Of a stretch of DNA of 64,000 bases, positions 37,652-50,388 are shown in pieces. The DNA is from Gekko japonicus (lineage: Eukaryota): the NCBI RefSeq assembly GCF_001447785.1, contig NW_015175421.1:1-64000 (forward strand). The letters are read 5' to 3'. A program made the translations under genes and the position numbers. The notes under the pieces are model-generated. The model saw only the letters and a list, made by a program, of their open reading frames with translations. It had not been told where the DNA came from and ran no database searches. Every line of letters starts with the position of its first letter. Positions within the stretch are counted from its first letter, which is position 1.

Positions 37652-39547
37652 GTGGTGAGAAACACAGAATTCAGGCAAACCCCCAACAGCTCAAACTTAA
37701 TGAGGAAGAGCCAGACAGAGTGTTGGGGGAAATGGTCTCCCACAACTGAGGTGCCACCACAAAGAAGGTCCACTCCTGACTCTGGTCACCTACAGTTGCC
37801 AGCTCTGGGTTAGAAAATACTTGGAGATTTAGGGTGTGAAGCCTGGGGTGGACAGGGTTTTTGGGGGGAGACCTCACCTGGGTACAATGCCATAGAGTCC
37901 ACCTTCCAAAGCAGCCCTTTTCTCCAGGGAAACGCTATTGTCTGGAAATCAGTTGTAATAGTGAGAGATCTCCATGCCCCACCTGGAGGCTGGCAACCCT
38001 ACCCAGTGGTTGCCAGATGTCGGTCTATGGAACAGGGTTTCAGTTGCTGATCTCAAAAGCCAGGCAGGTTCTTACGAGAACCAGTTCTCGTTTCTTCCAG
38101 ACAAACTCCCTAGACATTTCACATTTTAGAATGTCGTTATTTTTACATTCAGTAATTTGTTTCCTTCGGCAGAAGATTATTCTCTGGAGAACAACAGTCA
38201 CAGAAATAAACAACATGGAGCATCTTCGGGGGCCTCAGGGAGGGGATTATATTTTCTCCTCCTTGACAGGGGCACCAATTTCACTTCTGAACAAGATGAG
38301 AAAAGAATTCTTTCTGTATACCAGGTATATTACGGTTATAACTAGATGAAAAGGGAAGCACATCTGACACTTTCTGTTGAGGATTTGTACAGTTTGTTTC
38401 TCTTTATTTACAACTGCCAGATATTACAAATGGCAGGCTTGCAATGCTGGAAATGACTAGCAGTGTAATCCTACGCACGTTTACTCATACATTAGTCCTG
38501 CTATGTAGAACGGGCTTACATCCAGGACAGTGTGAACAGGACGACAGCCTTAGGTCTGGTTCACAGGAGAAGGGCGTGCCCTGGATCAGCCAAGAGGGGC
38601 CAATAAGGGTAGAAAATTCTAGGGACCTGAGGAAACAGGTAAGCTTCCTCTGGAAGATACCTGTAGCTGCCCTCTTCTTGTATATATTCTGAATATTGTA
38701 TATATTCTGAATATATTCTTCTTGTATATATTCTGCCCTGAGCCTGCTTGCGGGGAGGGCGGGGTATAAATCGAATTAAATAAATAAATATGGGGGGCAA
38801 GGACCTATTTATCTGGGGTGCATGTTGGTTCTTGGCAGCCTCGATGTGGCAATAAGGTGACAATATGCTGAGGGGGTCAAATGGATGACCGCACCGCTTC
38901 AAAACTCCCTGTGAATAGGTAAGCAGACCAGCAAGGTGAGAGGACAAAAGCTTTCTCTCATTTGTGCTAGTTTTCAACTTGCAGGGTGGTTTTCTGAGAA
39001 GGAGGATGGAAAGCTGGAATCTCCCTCCCATAGGACTGAGTTCTTTCAGGACCTGGATGGCCATATGTCCCCTTTTTTCAGAGGACAGTCCTCTTTCTGT
39101 TGTTGTGGAGACCTTTTTGCAGAGGACAGTGCTCTTTCTGTTGTTGTGGAGACCTGTCCTCTGAAGCTGTTGGGTTCCGTTTGGTGTAGTGAGAGCCAGT
39201 TTGGTATAGTGGTTAGGAGTCTGGAACTCTAATCTGGGAGAACCGGGTTTGATTCCCCACTCCTCCACGTGCAGCTGCTGGTGTGACCTTGGATCAGTCA
39301 CAGTTCTCTCAGAGCTGTTCTGGAAAGAGCAGTTCTCGAGAGAGCTCTCTCAGCCCCACCTACCTAACAGGGTGTCTGTTGTGGGGAGAGGAAAGGAAAG
39401 GAAATTGTCAGCCACTCTGAGACTCCTTCGAGTAGTGAAGGGCAGGTTTAGAAATCCGTTTTTCATAAACATTTGAGTGACAGGCTGCCAGTCAAGGAGC
39501 TGAGCTCCATCTGCTTCTCCCAGCAAAGCTGGCGCTGTGGTGACTTA

Positions 39548-39890
39548 GGTAAAGGTTCCCCTGCTCGAAAGCCAGTCGAATCTGACTCTAGGGTAGCGGT
39601 GCTCATCTCCGTTTCAAAGCCAAAGAACCAGCGCTGTCCGAAGACGTTTACGTGGTCATGTGGCCGGCATGACTAAACACCAAGGCGCACGGAATGCTGT
39701 TACCTTCCCACCGAAGTGGTACCTATTTATCTACTTGCAATTTCTTGCTTTCGAACTGCTAGGTTGGCAGGAGCTGGAACTAGAGACGGGAGCTCACTCC
39801 ATCATGCGGCACACCCGGGTCTCGAACTGCAACTACTGACCTTCCACAGCCTGCAGTTCAGCGTCTTAACCACTTGAGCCACCGCAGCTC
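39548..39890 (-). mobile_element. Sauria SINE, full length
   Basis: tRNA-like head GAGCTGCGGTGGCTCAAGTGGTTAAG, (ACCTTT) tail, 13-bp TSD CTGTGGTGACTTA. Confidence 0.9.
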
Positions 39891-41328
39891 CTGTGGTGAC
39901 TTACATCGCTATATAAATCATAGAACAAAGTTGTATCTGAAGAAGTGTGCATACACACAAAAGCTTATTCCCAGAGTTGAACTTTGTTGGTCTTAAAGGT
40001 GTCGTTGGACTCAAACTTTGTTCTTCTGCTTCAGACCAACACGGCTACCCACCTGAATCTATATAAAATCATAGTCATTGTGTGTAAATTTGTATCTATG
40101 AATGGAAACTGGTGTATGGAAATGTTGCCCTCTTCTTAGATCATCCACAAATGGTCACTCTCTTCCCTGTCATAATCCTACTCCCTATTTGTCTGGCTTG
40201 AGGGAAGATGCATTTCTGTAAGGTACCCAAGGAAACCGGGTTTGATTCCTCACTCCTCCACATGAAGCCAGCTGGGTGACCTTGGGTCAGTCACAGCTCT
40301 TTTAGAGCTCTCTCAGCCCAAAAAATAAGTCTAGCTTGCCACCTAGCATGACACTAATTAGCTAGAACATAAGGCTGCCAGACAGTCTTCGGATCTCCTG
40401 GCTGTACTCCACACAATGCCATACGATAATTATTATTTATCTGTACTCAGCCTCAGCCTGGGCTTCAGGCAACAGGAGAAATGCTGCAGTCCAAGCTTGC
40501 TTAGATGCAAGACTTCCACCTTCAAAGCTCTCCTGTTTCTTATCTAGAATGAGTGGGAAGCAGTATGTGGTTTCTCAGAAGCAAGGCAAAAACATTTGCC
40601 ACGTGCTCAGAGGCACTATCATGATTTCTCAGGTGCTGAAAAACAAGATAAACACACATGGAGTTATCTTTCAAGGAAGGGTGTAGTGACAGCAATGAAT
40701 TTTGCATTGTTGTAGAGAAGAGGAGGAGGAGGAGGAGATTGGATTTATACCCTGCCCTTCACTACCTGAAGGAGTCTCAGAGCAGCTTACAATCCCTTTC
40801 CCTTCCCCTCCCCACAACAGACACCCTGCGAGGTAGGTGGGACTGAGAGAGCTCTCTCTCGAGAACTGCCCTTGAGAGAACAGCTCTGAGAGAACTTACA
40901 ACTGACCCAAGGTCACACCAGCAGCTGCATGTGGAGAACTGGAGAATCAAACCTGGTTCTCCCAGATTAGAGTCCACGCTCCTAATCACTATACCAAACT
41001 GGCTCTGTTTAGGGGTTACTAACCGCCTGGAAGGAAAAAAAGTCCTTTCCCTTTAATAGAGTCTTAATGGGATACTATTTACTTGTGGAAAATGCCATCA
41101 AGTTACAGCCAATTTAGGGCAAAGCCATTGCCTGCCTCTGGGTAGTGACCCTGGACTTCCTTGGTGGTCTCCCATTCAGGCACTAACCAGGGCCGACCGT
41201 GCTTAGCTTCTGAGATCTGACGAGATCAGGTGAGCCTGGGCCATCCAGGTCAAGGCAGGATGCTAATTATCTCTTGATGTTGTTCACTTCCACACCACAG
41301 AAAGTGTCAGTTACTCATTTTGACGCAT

Positions 41329-41674
41329 GGTAAAAGGTAAAGGTTCCCTTGCTCGAAAGCCAGTCGAATCCGACTCTAGGGTTGCGGTGCTCATCTCAGT
41401 TTCCAAGCCGAAGAGCCAGCACTGTCCGAAGATGTTTCCATGGTCATGTGGCCGGCATGACTAAACACCAAGGCACACGGAACGCTGTTCCCTTCCCACC
41501 GAAGTGGTACCTATTTATCTACTTGCAATGTCTTGCTTTCAAACTGCTAGGTTGGCAGGAGCTGGAACTAGAGATGGGAGCTCACTCCATCGTGCAGCAC
41601 CCGGGTCTTGAACTGCTGAACTACTGACCTTCCACAGCCTGCAGTTCAGCATCTTAACCACTTGAGCCACCGCA
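41329..41674 (-). mobile_element. Sauria SINE
   Basis: High identity to 39548-39890. Confidence 0.88.
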
Positions 41675-42616
41675 CCATGAAACTTCTACTAAAGAGACAG
41701 GGCCAGGACATTCCCCCCCCCCAGGTGTGTTGGCATCCCTAGCTGCAGTAATAAGTTTGATTAAGACCACCCAGAATATCACAATACTTGGTGTGAGCTT
41801 TCCACTTCTCCAGAGCTGTTCATGTTAAAAGGCAATCCAAGATTACCTGGATGGGCTGCAATGCAATGAGGGAAAGATAAGATTGGACCCAGAAGTATAG
41901 GAAAAGATAATCCTTTCCAAAGGAAAGCCTCTTATTCTTAAAACACTTATCAACCTTTCCTGCTATCTCTTGACCAATCTCATTTTGCTTATGGATTGGC
42001 TGCTCAGGGAGAGTCACCCTCTCAATTTTCCCCTCTAGGCGTTGCTTTCACCATTAGCTTTGTTGAACTAACCTCATCAGGGGGAACTTAGCTCCGCAAC
42101 CCCTGTTATGCAAATACCAGGGCAGGTTTCTCTTTGGGGGTAGATTTGCAAGTCTACAGGAGAGAAACTACCCCTTTGTGGGAGATGAGTTTCTCAAGGG
42201 TGTAACGCTTTAGAATAGATCCAGAAGTGTGAGCCCTGTTGCTGCAAAACAGTAAAAAGCTCAGTAGCACCTTTAAGACTAACAAAACTTTATTGTAGCA
42301 TAAGCTTGTAAGAAACACAGCTGTCCTCTGACCAAGAGAGCTGTGTTTCTTGACAGCTTATGCCACAATAAAGTTTGTTAGTCTCAAAGGTGCTACTGGG
42401 TTTTTTTCTGTTCTGTTTAGGAAGGCACTGTTACAGTCCAGCATTTATTTATGAATTCATTTCAGCATCTGTTTATGGATCAGCTTGATTCGAGTCCAAT
42501 AAGATTTGGGGGTATAAGATTCTCAGGAGTCACAGCTCCCTTCGTCTGGCGCTCTGACTCTCAAGAATCTTGTTGGTCCTGAAGGTGCTACTGGACTCAG
42601 AATTAGCTGTTCTACT

Positions 42617-43017
42617 TTTTGTTGTTGTTCAGTCGCACAGTCGAGTCCGACTCCTCGCGACCCCATGGACCAGATCACGCCAGGCCTTCCGGTCTTCCGC
42701 CGTCCTCTGAAGTTTGCTCAACTTCATGTTCGTTGCATCTATGACACTGTCTAACCATCTCATTCTTTGCCGTCCCCGTCTTCTTTGACCTTCAATCTTT
42801 CAAGGTCTTCTTTGGCCTTCAACCCCCCTCATGGATCACTGCCTTGTCGTGGCGAAGGGGCTTGCGTGGTTCGATGAGGCTGTGGGCTACGCCGTGGAGG
42901 GCCACCCAAGATGGACAGGCCACAGCAGAGAACTCAGACCAAGCGTGATCCCCTGGAGAAGGAAATGGCAACCCATTCCAGTATTTTTGCCAAGAAAACC
43001 CCATGGACAGTATCAAA
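42617..43017 (-). mobile_element. BovB insertion with inverted 5' segment
   Basis: Minus-strand BovB 3' end (42617-~42812) joined to a plus-strand BovB 5' region (~42826-43017). 12-bp TSD AGCTGTTCTACT at 42605-42616 and 43018-43029. Confidence 0.8.
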
Positions 43018-43700
43018 AGCTGTTCTACTACAGACCAACAGAGCTAACCCTCTGAAACTATTTATGGACGGAGAGCTGGCCTGAGCATATTTCATTTCAT
43101 TTATAGACTCCATCAGTATGTTGACATGTAGGGACTATAAAACACTCCGACTCCTCCCCCAGATTTCACTGCCCCCTCCCAAGATTTCCCCATAGCAAAC
43201 TGGTTGCCCCCTGTGCAGATAATGTGTGACAAGGCAGCAGTTTTGCCTATGCAGGGGAGATGCAGAGAAATATATGATTTTGTGAATTAACCAGAAAAGG
43301 GGAAAGAATAAAAGTAAAATGTGAAGGACTGAAAACGCGGCTGAAAGCCAGATAAAGGGGAGGTGGGGTTGGCAGGAATCAGCCTGCTTTAAGAGTCTCA
43401 AAGCTTATAAAATACAATGCATCCAGCCTGGATTGAATTGAGACCCAGGTTTCCTGTCTCACCAGTGCTGATTTCTCCATGCCTACTGCCTCTCTGCATA
43501 TCACACCTGACCCAATCACACCTGCAACTATCATTTGCCTGTTAATGTCATTCAGCATCTGAAATCACTCCATTTTCCAATGTATAAGACAGATGGACTC
43601 ACATTCTAGCTGTATCTGAAGAAGTGAGCAGCGACTCACCTTTAAGGTGCCACTGGACTCTTGTCTACCGCTAGACAGACAGACTAATACAGCTATCCTT

Positions 43701-44135
43701 TTTTTTAATAATAATTTTTATTTTCTTAACATAATATATAAACAGGAATTAAACCAGAACTAAAACAATTTAACAATAACATTAATACAATTAACAATGT
43801 TGTTTTATAGGTATATACTGTACAAGCGTTTTTCTAATATAATCTTTTTTTTTACGAAATCAAATCTATAATAATACAATTTATTACATTGACCACTCGT
43901 TCTGAATAAAAGAATAATACTGAGATTTCTGACTAGGTTTAATCTGTTCGAGAATATTTTCTAAATTTTCCAGTATTGGGTGCCATCGACCATAAAAAGC
44001 CTGCGATCTTGTTTCATCTTCAGCACTGGTAAGTCTGTCAGAGATCTTATCCATAAGGATAGGTTGCCACACCTTTGAATACCATGACTTAATATTTAGT
44101 AAACTGTTATTTTTCCAACTTTGTGCAATAGTTAC
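43701..44135 (-). mobile_element. L1 3' fragment with TSD
   Basis: IAQSWKNNSLLNIKSWYSKVW-like ORF2 end and poly-A. GCTATCCTT is duplicated on both sides. Confidence 0.7.
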
Positions 44136-44669
44136 GGCTATCCTTCTTGATCTATCTTATACAATCCTGAAAGGGAAAATTGTGTGTGTGTGTGTGTGTC
44201 TTTGTGAATAGATAACCAGATCAGCAAGGTGAAGTGTTATTTATTTCGCATATTTTTATTCTGCCCTTCTTCCAAATAGATCAGGGCAAAGGTACATCAT
44301 TTTCCTTTCCTCAGTTTTACCTTCACAACAATAAGCCTTTGAGGTCGGCTAGACTGGGAAAGAGTGACCGGCCCAAGGACACCCATTGAGCTTCTGCAGC
44401 AGAGTGGGGATTTGAGCCTAGGTGAAGTGGGGTCTGACTCACAAAAGCTTATGATGGGGTAAATTTCATCAGTCTTCAGGGTGCCACCGGATCCCAGGTT
44501 TAGCTTTGCCTGGAACGATAACCACTGCTTAGCACCGTCTCATTCTGCCAGTTGAATGGGGGCTTCTCTTGATTTATCTGTTACATTCTTTAAAGATCCA
44601 TTTTCCAGTTTGTTTTCATACGCATGGATTGTACCTTTTTTGTTTTTCCAGGGCATAATAAAAGCAGAG

Positions 44670-45629
44670 ATGGAGACGACTAACGAGACCAGGGTGACCG
44701 AGTTTGAATTAGTTGGATTCCAGGATCTACAGCATTTTCACACGCTCCTCTTTGCCTCCTTACTTCTCACTTATTCACTCATTCTCCTGGGCAACACGGT
44801 CATCCTGTCCCTCATTCAGACCAGTCCCCGCTTCCATGTCCCCATGTACCACTTTATTGCCGTGCTGGCTACCCTCGAGATGTGCTATACCACCGTCACC
44901 ATCCCTAAGATGTTGGTGGATCTGCTGCAGAGGAAGAACCACATCTCTTTTGGGGGTTGCCTGGTGCAAATCTATTTCTTCCATGCCCTGGGCATCACAG
45001 AAGCCTGCTTGCTCACCGTGATGGCGTATGACCGCTACTTAGCCATCTGCACCCCATTGACCTATCCGTCCACCATGACAACCAAGCTCTGCTTGCGGCT
45101 AGTGGCCGGGTGCTGCATTTGTGGCTTTGCATGCCCTTTGCCTGAAATCATCCTGATTTCCAAACTCCCGTTCTGTGGGCCGAGTCGCATCAAGCATATC
45201 TTCTGCGATTTCCCTCCATTGTTTCATCTCCCTTGCGCTGACGTGTCCCGTATCGTCATGACAGACTTCATCATCCATTCCTCGGTCATCCTTGGTCCCG
45301 TCTTCCTGATCGTCCTCTCTTACGTCAAGATATTGACCGTCGTAGCCAAAATCCAGAGCCCTGAAGGCCGCCAGAAGGCCTTTTCTACCTGTGCTTCACA
45401 TCTCATTGTGGTTTTTGCCTTTTTCGGGACAACGGGGTTTATGTATGTCCGACTGACTCAATCCAGCTCCCTACAGTATGAGAGAGTCATTGCAGTGATC
45501 TATGCTGTCCTCACTCCTCTCTTCAACCCAGTTGTCTATAGCTTGAGAAACAAAGAGATTCAGGAAGAGATCAGAAAAATCACTAAGTGTCCCGGTCTGT
45601 CATTCAGGACAGTCATGCGGCTCAGATAG
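44670..45629 (+). CDS. Olfactory receptor, family 6 (OR6N/6K-like), intact
   Basis: METTNETRVTEF start after a polypyrimidine/CAG acceptor ending 44651. Motifs FHVPMYHF, MAYDRYLAIC, HIFCDFPPL, KAFSTCASHL, PLFNPVVYSLRN. The ORF-track start at 44556 is probably intronic. Confidence 0.95.
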   Translation: METTNETRVTEFELVGFQDLQHFHTLLFASLLLTYSLILLGNTVILSLIQTSPRFHVPMYHFIAVLATLEMCYTTVTIPKMLVDLLQRKNHISFGGCLVQIYFFHALGITEACLLTVMAYDRYLAICTPLTYPSTMTTKLCLRLVAGCCICGFACPLPEIILISKLPFCGPSRIKHIFCDFPPLFHLPCADVSRIVMTDFIIHSSVILGPVFLIVLSYVKILTVVAKIQSPEGRQKAFSTCASHLIVVFAFFGTTGFMYVRLTQSSSLQYERVIAVIYAVLTPLFNPVVYSLRNKEIQEEIRKITKCPGLSFRTVMRLR

Positions 45630-45799
45630 AATAAAATGCATGAGAAGATCCACATGGTCCATCATGTGCTATTTAGGGCATTTTCAGTTCATTGGGATGG
45701 GTGAGAGAGAATCCTGTATTTTTTTTAAAAAAAAGATCAAATAGCAGTTATGTGAATGGACCTAGAGTCAGTCTTTGTGATGTCATAGCCTCAACTGAC

Positions 45800-46023
45800 T
45801 AGGCTTGCCAGCTCTGGGTTGGAAAATACCTGAGGACTTTGGGGATGGATCCAGGAGAGGGTGGGGTTTGGGGAGGGGAGGGGAGGGCCCACAGCATGCT
45901 ACAATGCCATAGAGTCCGCCCTTCAAAGCAGCCATTTTCTCCAGGGGAGCTGACCTCTGTCAGCTGGAGATCAGTTGTAAAAGCAGGAGATCTCCAGGAC
46001 CCAGCTGGAGGCTGGCAACCCTA
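45800..46023. mobile_element. TAGGGTTGCCA-TIR MITE; further copies at ~4592-4799, 22363-22570, 23232-23430, 34340-34562, 37792-38001, 48223-48417, 51140-51492, 53672-53893, 59580-59796
   Basis: Recurrent ~200-bp unit with TAGGGTTGCCA/TGGCAACCCTA termini and a conserved aaagcagccattttctccagggg core. Confidence 0.75.
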
Positions 46024-46565
46024 CAATTGATTCACAAACAATAGTTCAAAGAACTTTAAAGACAAAATAGGTAATGTGCTACCTTTGGGAAAGGGCAGGC
46101 CAAGAGAGACAAACACTTTTGAGTTATGCAGAATGCTCCAGACGTGCTTCAAAGGTAACAGGTTGGTACAGTGAAAGACACTGGGTTGAATCCGCGGGCT
46201 GGATCTGCTGGCAAAATAGTGAAGAGGGTCCCCACTGAACTGGCTGCACCTGGGGACTGTGGAACCTGCTGTATTGGGGCCCATTGTGTTTAAAATAATC
46301 CCTTCCCCCACCCTGTATTTCCATTTAGTAAAAACAGTCTTGCTTTTTCTCTGAGGTGAACTCCCATCGGTGAATTACAGTCTTTGCAATAACCATGTCC
46401 CCCGTGGAAGGCTGTTGGGAAAGGCTTTATTTCCCCCTCTTTGATGAAAAAGCTCGATTCAAATGGTTTTTTCTTTTTCTTTTGAGGAAGATGTCCTATC
46501 TCAGTCCCAGTTGCCAAGTGCCGTTATACATAAAAGGGTGAGAGTCTGAGATAGGACAGCTCACC

Positions 46566-47108
46566 CAGGGCCGGCCCCAGCTTATTTTGCACCCTACGCG
46601 AGGATCCCTTCTGGCACCCCATACGCCCACCATGGCTTGGACCCATTAATTGGATCTGTACCCCAGACCTCCCGTTCCCCTGGCACCCATGCTCTTAACA
46701 CTCACTTTTGCTTTTGTAACTTTGCCTGCTTTGCACATCTGGCTTCCACCAAGGAAGACTCTGCAAAAAAAGGCACTCGTCACAAACAATCTCTGCTTCT
46801 CACTTGCCTTGACAGTTCCTTCCTGGGGTTGCCATAAGTCAGTTGCAACTTGAGTGTCCTTGTGTAATAGCCCCCCTACTTAGATTCTTCTTTGACTCAG
46901 CTGAGTGACCCTTCTGTGCCCAGAGGGCTAAGTTCTTTGGTGGAATTGGTGTTTGTATCATCAGAAAGATCATAACATGTTTAAAACTCAGTAGTGTTTG
47001 CAGCTGAACCAGGACAGCAGGAGGAGGGGGGTGCGTCAGTTTGGTGCCCCTAAGGGCCGGCGCTCTCTAGGCGAGTGCCTAGTTCGCCTAGTGAGTGAGC
47101 CAGCCCTG
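46566..47108. mobile_element. hAT-type non-autonomous element (CAGGGCCGG...CCAGCCCTG)
   Basis: Inverted termini plus exact 8-bp TSD AGCTCACC. Confidence 0.85.
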
Positions 47109-47245
47109 AGCTCACCGTGAGGCCTAATACAGTTTTTGGAGTATGCCCGCTAACTTCTTTACTCTGTGTTCGGATTCCCTTAAATGAGAAGCTTCGAGAG
47201 GGTGGAAGGCTGCTGGCTTCTACCTTTTGCTTCCGTGGTTGAAAG

Positions 47246-47451
47246 CAGTGTTCCCTCTAAGTTGAGTTAGTGTGAGCTAGCTCTCAGGTTTTTAGCCTCC
47301 AGCTCACACATTTTTGTCTTAGCGCAGGAAGGATGGCTCCAGAGCAGACTAATTTATGCAATAGCCAAATAGCTCGCTCATAACTGTAATGCCAGTAGCT
47401 CACATAGTAGAAGTTTTGCTCACAAGACTCCACAGCTTAGAGGCAGCATTG
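47246..47451 (+). mobile_element. hAT-type MITE (CAGTGTTCCCTCTAAG family)
   Basis: TIRs plus exact 8-bp TSD GTTGAAAG. Confidence 0.9.
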
Positions 47452-47946
47452 GTTGAAAGGTATTATTGGCAGCCAGGAAAGTCAGAGAACCTCTCTATGT
47501 ACCCCATCAGCAGAAAATGTTGAGAGGTGCTGGCGCTTACCCCTGCTCTGAAGCCACATCTCCTGAAAGTGAAACCTCCTCGTTAATCCCAGGTACGTGG
47601 GGATGAGTTGTAGTAGCTTGATCATGTTGGGAAAGGCACTCTGTACGTGTTCAGATGACCTCCATTTTATTTCACACGTTCTCGGTCAGAATACTGGCAT
47701 TCTTGGTGGCCGAGCTCTGATAAACGCCTAACGTCAGCGAAGGGTTGCACCTAATTCATTGTCATCCTTTGCAGATCTGGAACCCACGTTGTCTATCCAG
47801 CCATGCAATATGGAACCCATTTCTAAATTTTGTGTCATATAGATTCTGATGGTGCCATAATTAGCACCAGTGGCAGTATAGGTCCTGATGTGACTTTGCA
47901 GTGAACCCTGACCCAGTTGCTGCAGGCCTGTGAATTAGATTGAGCT

Positions 47947-48186
47947 TTGTTGTTGTTGTTCAGTCGCACAGTCGAGTCCGACTCTTCGCGACCCCATGGA
48001 CTAGATCACGCCAGGCCCTCCTGTCTTCCGCCGTCCTCTGAAGTTTGCTCAATATCATGTTCGTTGCATCTATGACACTGTCTAACCATCTCATCCTTTG
48101 CCGTCCCCGTCTTCTTTTACCTTCAATCTTTCCCAGCATCAGGGTCTTCTCCAGTGAGTGCTCCCTTCTCATTTGGTGGCCAAATT
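47947..48186 (-). mobile_element. BovB 3' fragment
   Basis: FGHQMRREHSLEKTLMLGKIEGKRRRGRQRMRWLD and a (CAA)n tail. Confidence 0.9.
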
Positions 48187-48641
48187 GAGCTACCACAGTG
48201 GTAAAAAAAATAGGATAATGCATGGGGTTGCCAACTCCAGGTTGGGAAATACCTGGAGAGTTTGGGGGTAGAGCTTGGGGACGGGAGAGACCTCAACAGG
48301 CTGTAATGCCATAGGGTCCACTCACCAAAGCAGCCATTTTCTCCATTTTCTCCTTGGTCATCTGGAATTCAATTGTAATAGTGGGAGATCTCCAGCCACC
48401 TGGAAGTTGGCAACCCTCCTATGAAAAGGAGAGGAAAATCTATGAATGCTCTCTTTCCTGGGTCTTTGGGGGGTCGTCATGCACAACTGGGTCACTCCAG
48501 TCCAAGATGGATTGCAAATCTAAGGTTGCCAGCTGGCCAGGAAAAAAAGAATGTTGTGTCCCTTCAACAGAAGATTAATGAGTGGAACTGAGCAGCTGAA
48601 ACTTTTCAGGGCATGGAGCTTCATCAGATCACCTCATCATC

Positions 48642-48645
<4 letters not shown>

Positions 48646-48685
<40 letters not shown>
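48646..48685. repeat. (TG)n microsatellite
   Basis: About 20 TG units. Confidence 0.95.
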
Positions 48686-48688
<3 letters not shown>

Positions 48689-50259
48689 CAAAGTGATATC
48701 AAATTGCAGTCACTTATGGTGACTCCCATCGGGTCTTCAAGGCAAGAGACTAACAAAGGTGGTTTGTCATTGCTTTCCTCAGCATAGCAACCGTGGAATG
48801 CCTTCATGGTCTCCCATCGAAGTACAAACCAGGGCCAACCCTGCGTAGCTTCCAAGAACTGGCGAGATTGGGCTATCCTGGCTACCTAACTTTTGCTGTA
48901 GATCATTCGGATATTAATGGCGCAGGTAGAGGAACCAGTTTAAAAGCGGGGAGCCCTCAGGGACCTCTGTTATTGTTGCTTTGGCAAAGAAGAAAAGATG
49001 GAGTGTGAGGAGAGAGGAATATGTGAAGGAAAAAACATCTGAATGGATGAGGTAGAAGGGAGAACAGACATCACAAAACTAGAAATGAGGCCTGTGTTTG
49101 GGGTTACAGCTCTGATGGCTCAGGAGTAAATACCTCACATGTAGAGTGATCACGCACATATAAGTAAAGCTGCCAACTGGCCAGGAAAAAGTGTCCTGTC
49201 CACTGACAGTGTCCACAGGCAGTTTTCCTAGCCTGAAGGCAAGTTTAACATTGGCAGCCCTATCTGTCAGAGTTGAGTTGCTTAACTCTCTAGTAACTGA
49301 CTTTTGTTAGGCTTTAAGGTGCTACTGGACTCTTGCTCTGTATTACTGCTACAGACAGACTAACATGGCTACCCATCTTGAAATTTCAACTGAATTGTTT
49401 CTGCAGGAACTATTTGCATTCAGGATGGGTTCCTTGGATTTTGCCACTCATGGGGGGGGGGGTCATCCTTCCTTTGTCCCCGTCTTGCATCTGATTAATC
49501 AAGTTTCTGCTTAAGCAAGCACACCTCCCAAGGAATGTGCTGGTTTTTTGGGGAGTAGGGGGATATAAACAATTCACTCTGCCCTCTAGGTTTCCCCCTT
49601 AGGGTTGCAAACTTTGAAAGGGGTCACTTTAATATCAAAAGTTTTTGCTGCCCATTTCCACATATTAAAGCCCCTATTGAAGAAGAAGAAGAGATTGGAT
49701 TCCTGCCCCGCCCTTCACAACCCGAAGGAGTCTCAGAGTGGCTTACTATCTCCTTTCCCTTCCCCTCCCCACAACAGACACCCTGTGAGGTAGGTGGGGC
49801 TGAGAGAGCTCTTTTGAGAACTGCTCTTTCCAGAACAGCTCTGAGAGAACTTTTGACTGACCCAAGGTCACACCAGCAGCTGCATGTGGAGGAGTGGGGA
49901 ATCAAACCCGGTTCTCCCAGATTAGAGTCTGCACTCCTAACTACTACACTAAACTGTTGACAGCATGAATTATCATCTCCAGTAGCACACAGAGATCCAT
50001 ACAAACCACCAGTGAGAGACAGTGTAGTGCAGTGGTTAAAGGCAGCAGACTCTAACCTGGAGAACCCGGTTTGATTCCCTACTCCTCCACATGCAGCTGC
50101 TGGGTGACCTTGAGTCAGCCACAGTTCCCTCAGATCTGCTCTCAGCCCCACCTACCTCACAGGGTGTCAGTTGTGAGGAGGGGAAGGGAAGGAGATTATA
50201 AGCCGCTATGAGACTCCGAATGAAAGTGGGGTATAAATCCAATCTCTTCTACATCTTCT

Positions 50260-50388
50260 GGTGGACCTCCTGGTGGCACCTGAGTTTTGGCCACTGTGTG
50301 ACACAGAGTGCTGGACTGGATGTGCTGGACTGGATGGGCCTTTGGCCTGATCCACCATGGCTTCTCTTACTGTTCATATGTTCTTATT
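50260..50388 (+). mobile_element. CR1 3' end fragment
   Basis: Matches 18850-18960 (ggccactgtgtgacacagagtg...ggcctgatcca). Confidence 0.75.

Noticed and set aside
38561-39301. 246-aa minus-strand ORF
   Set aside because: Starts in a SINE, crosses short tandem repeats and has no protein-family motif.
42000-43560. OR promoter with O/E (Ebf) sites
   Set aside because: Only partial CCCNNGGG-like matches; the TSS and 5' non-coding exons cannot be placed from sequence alone.
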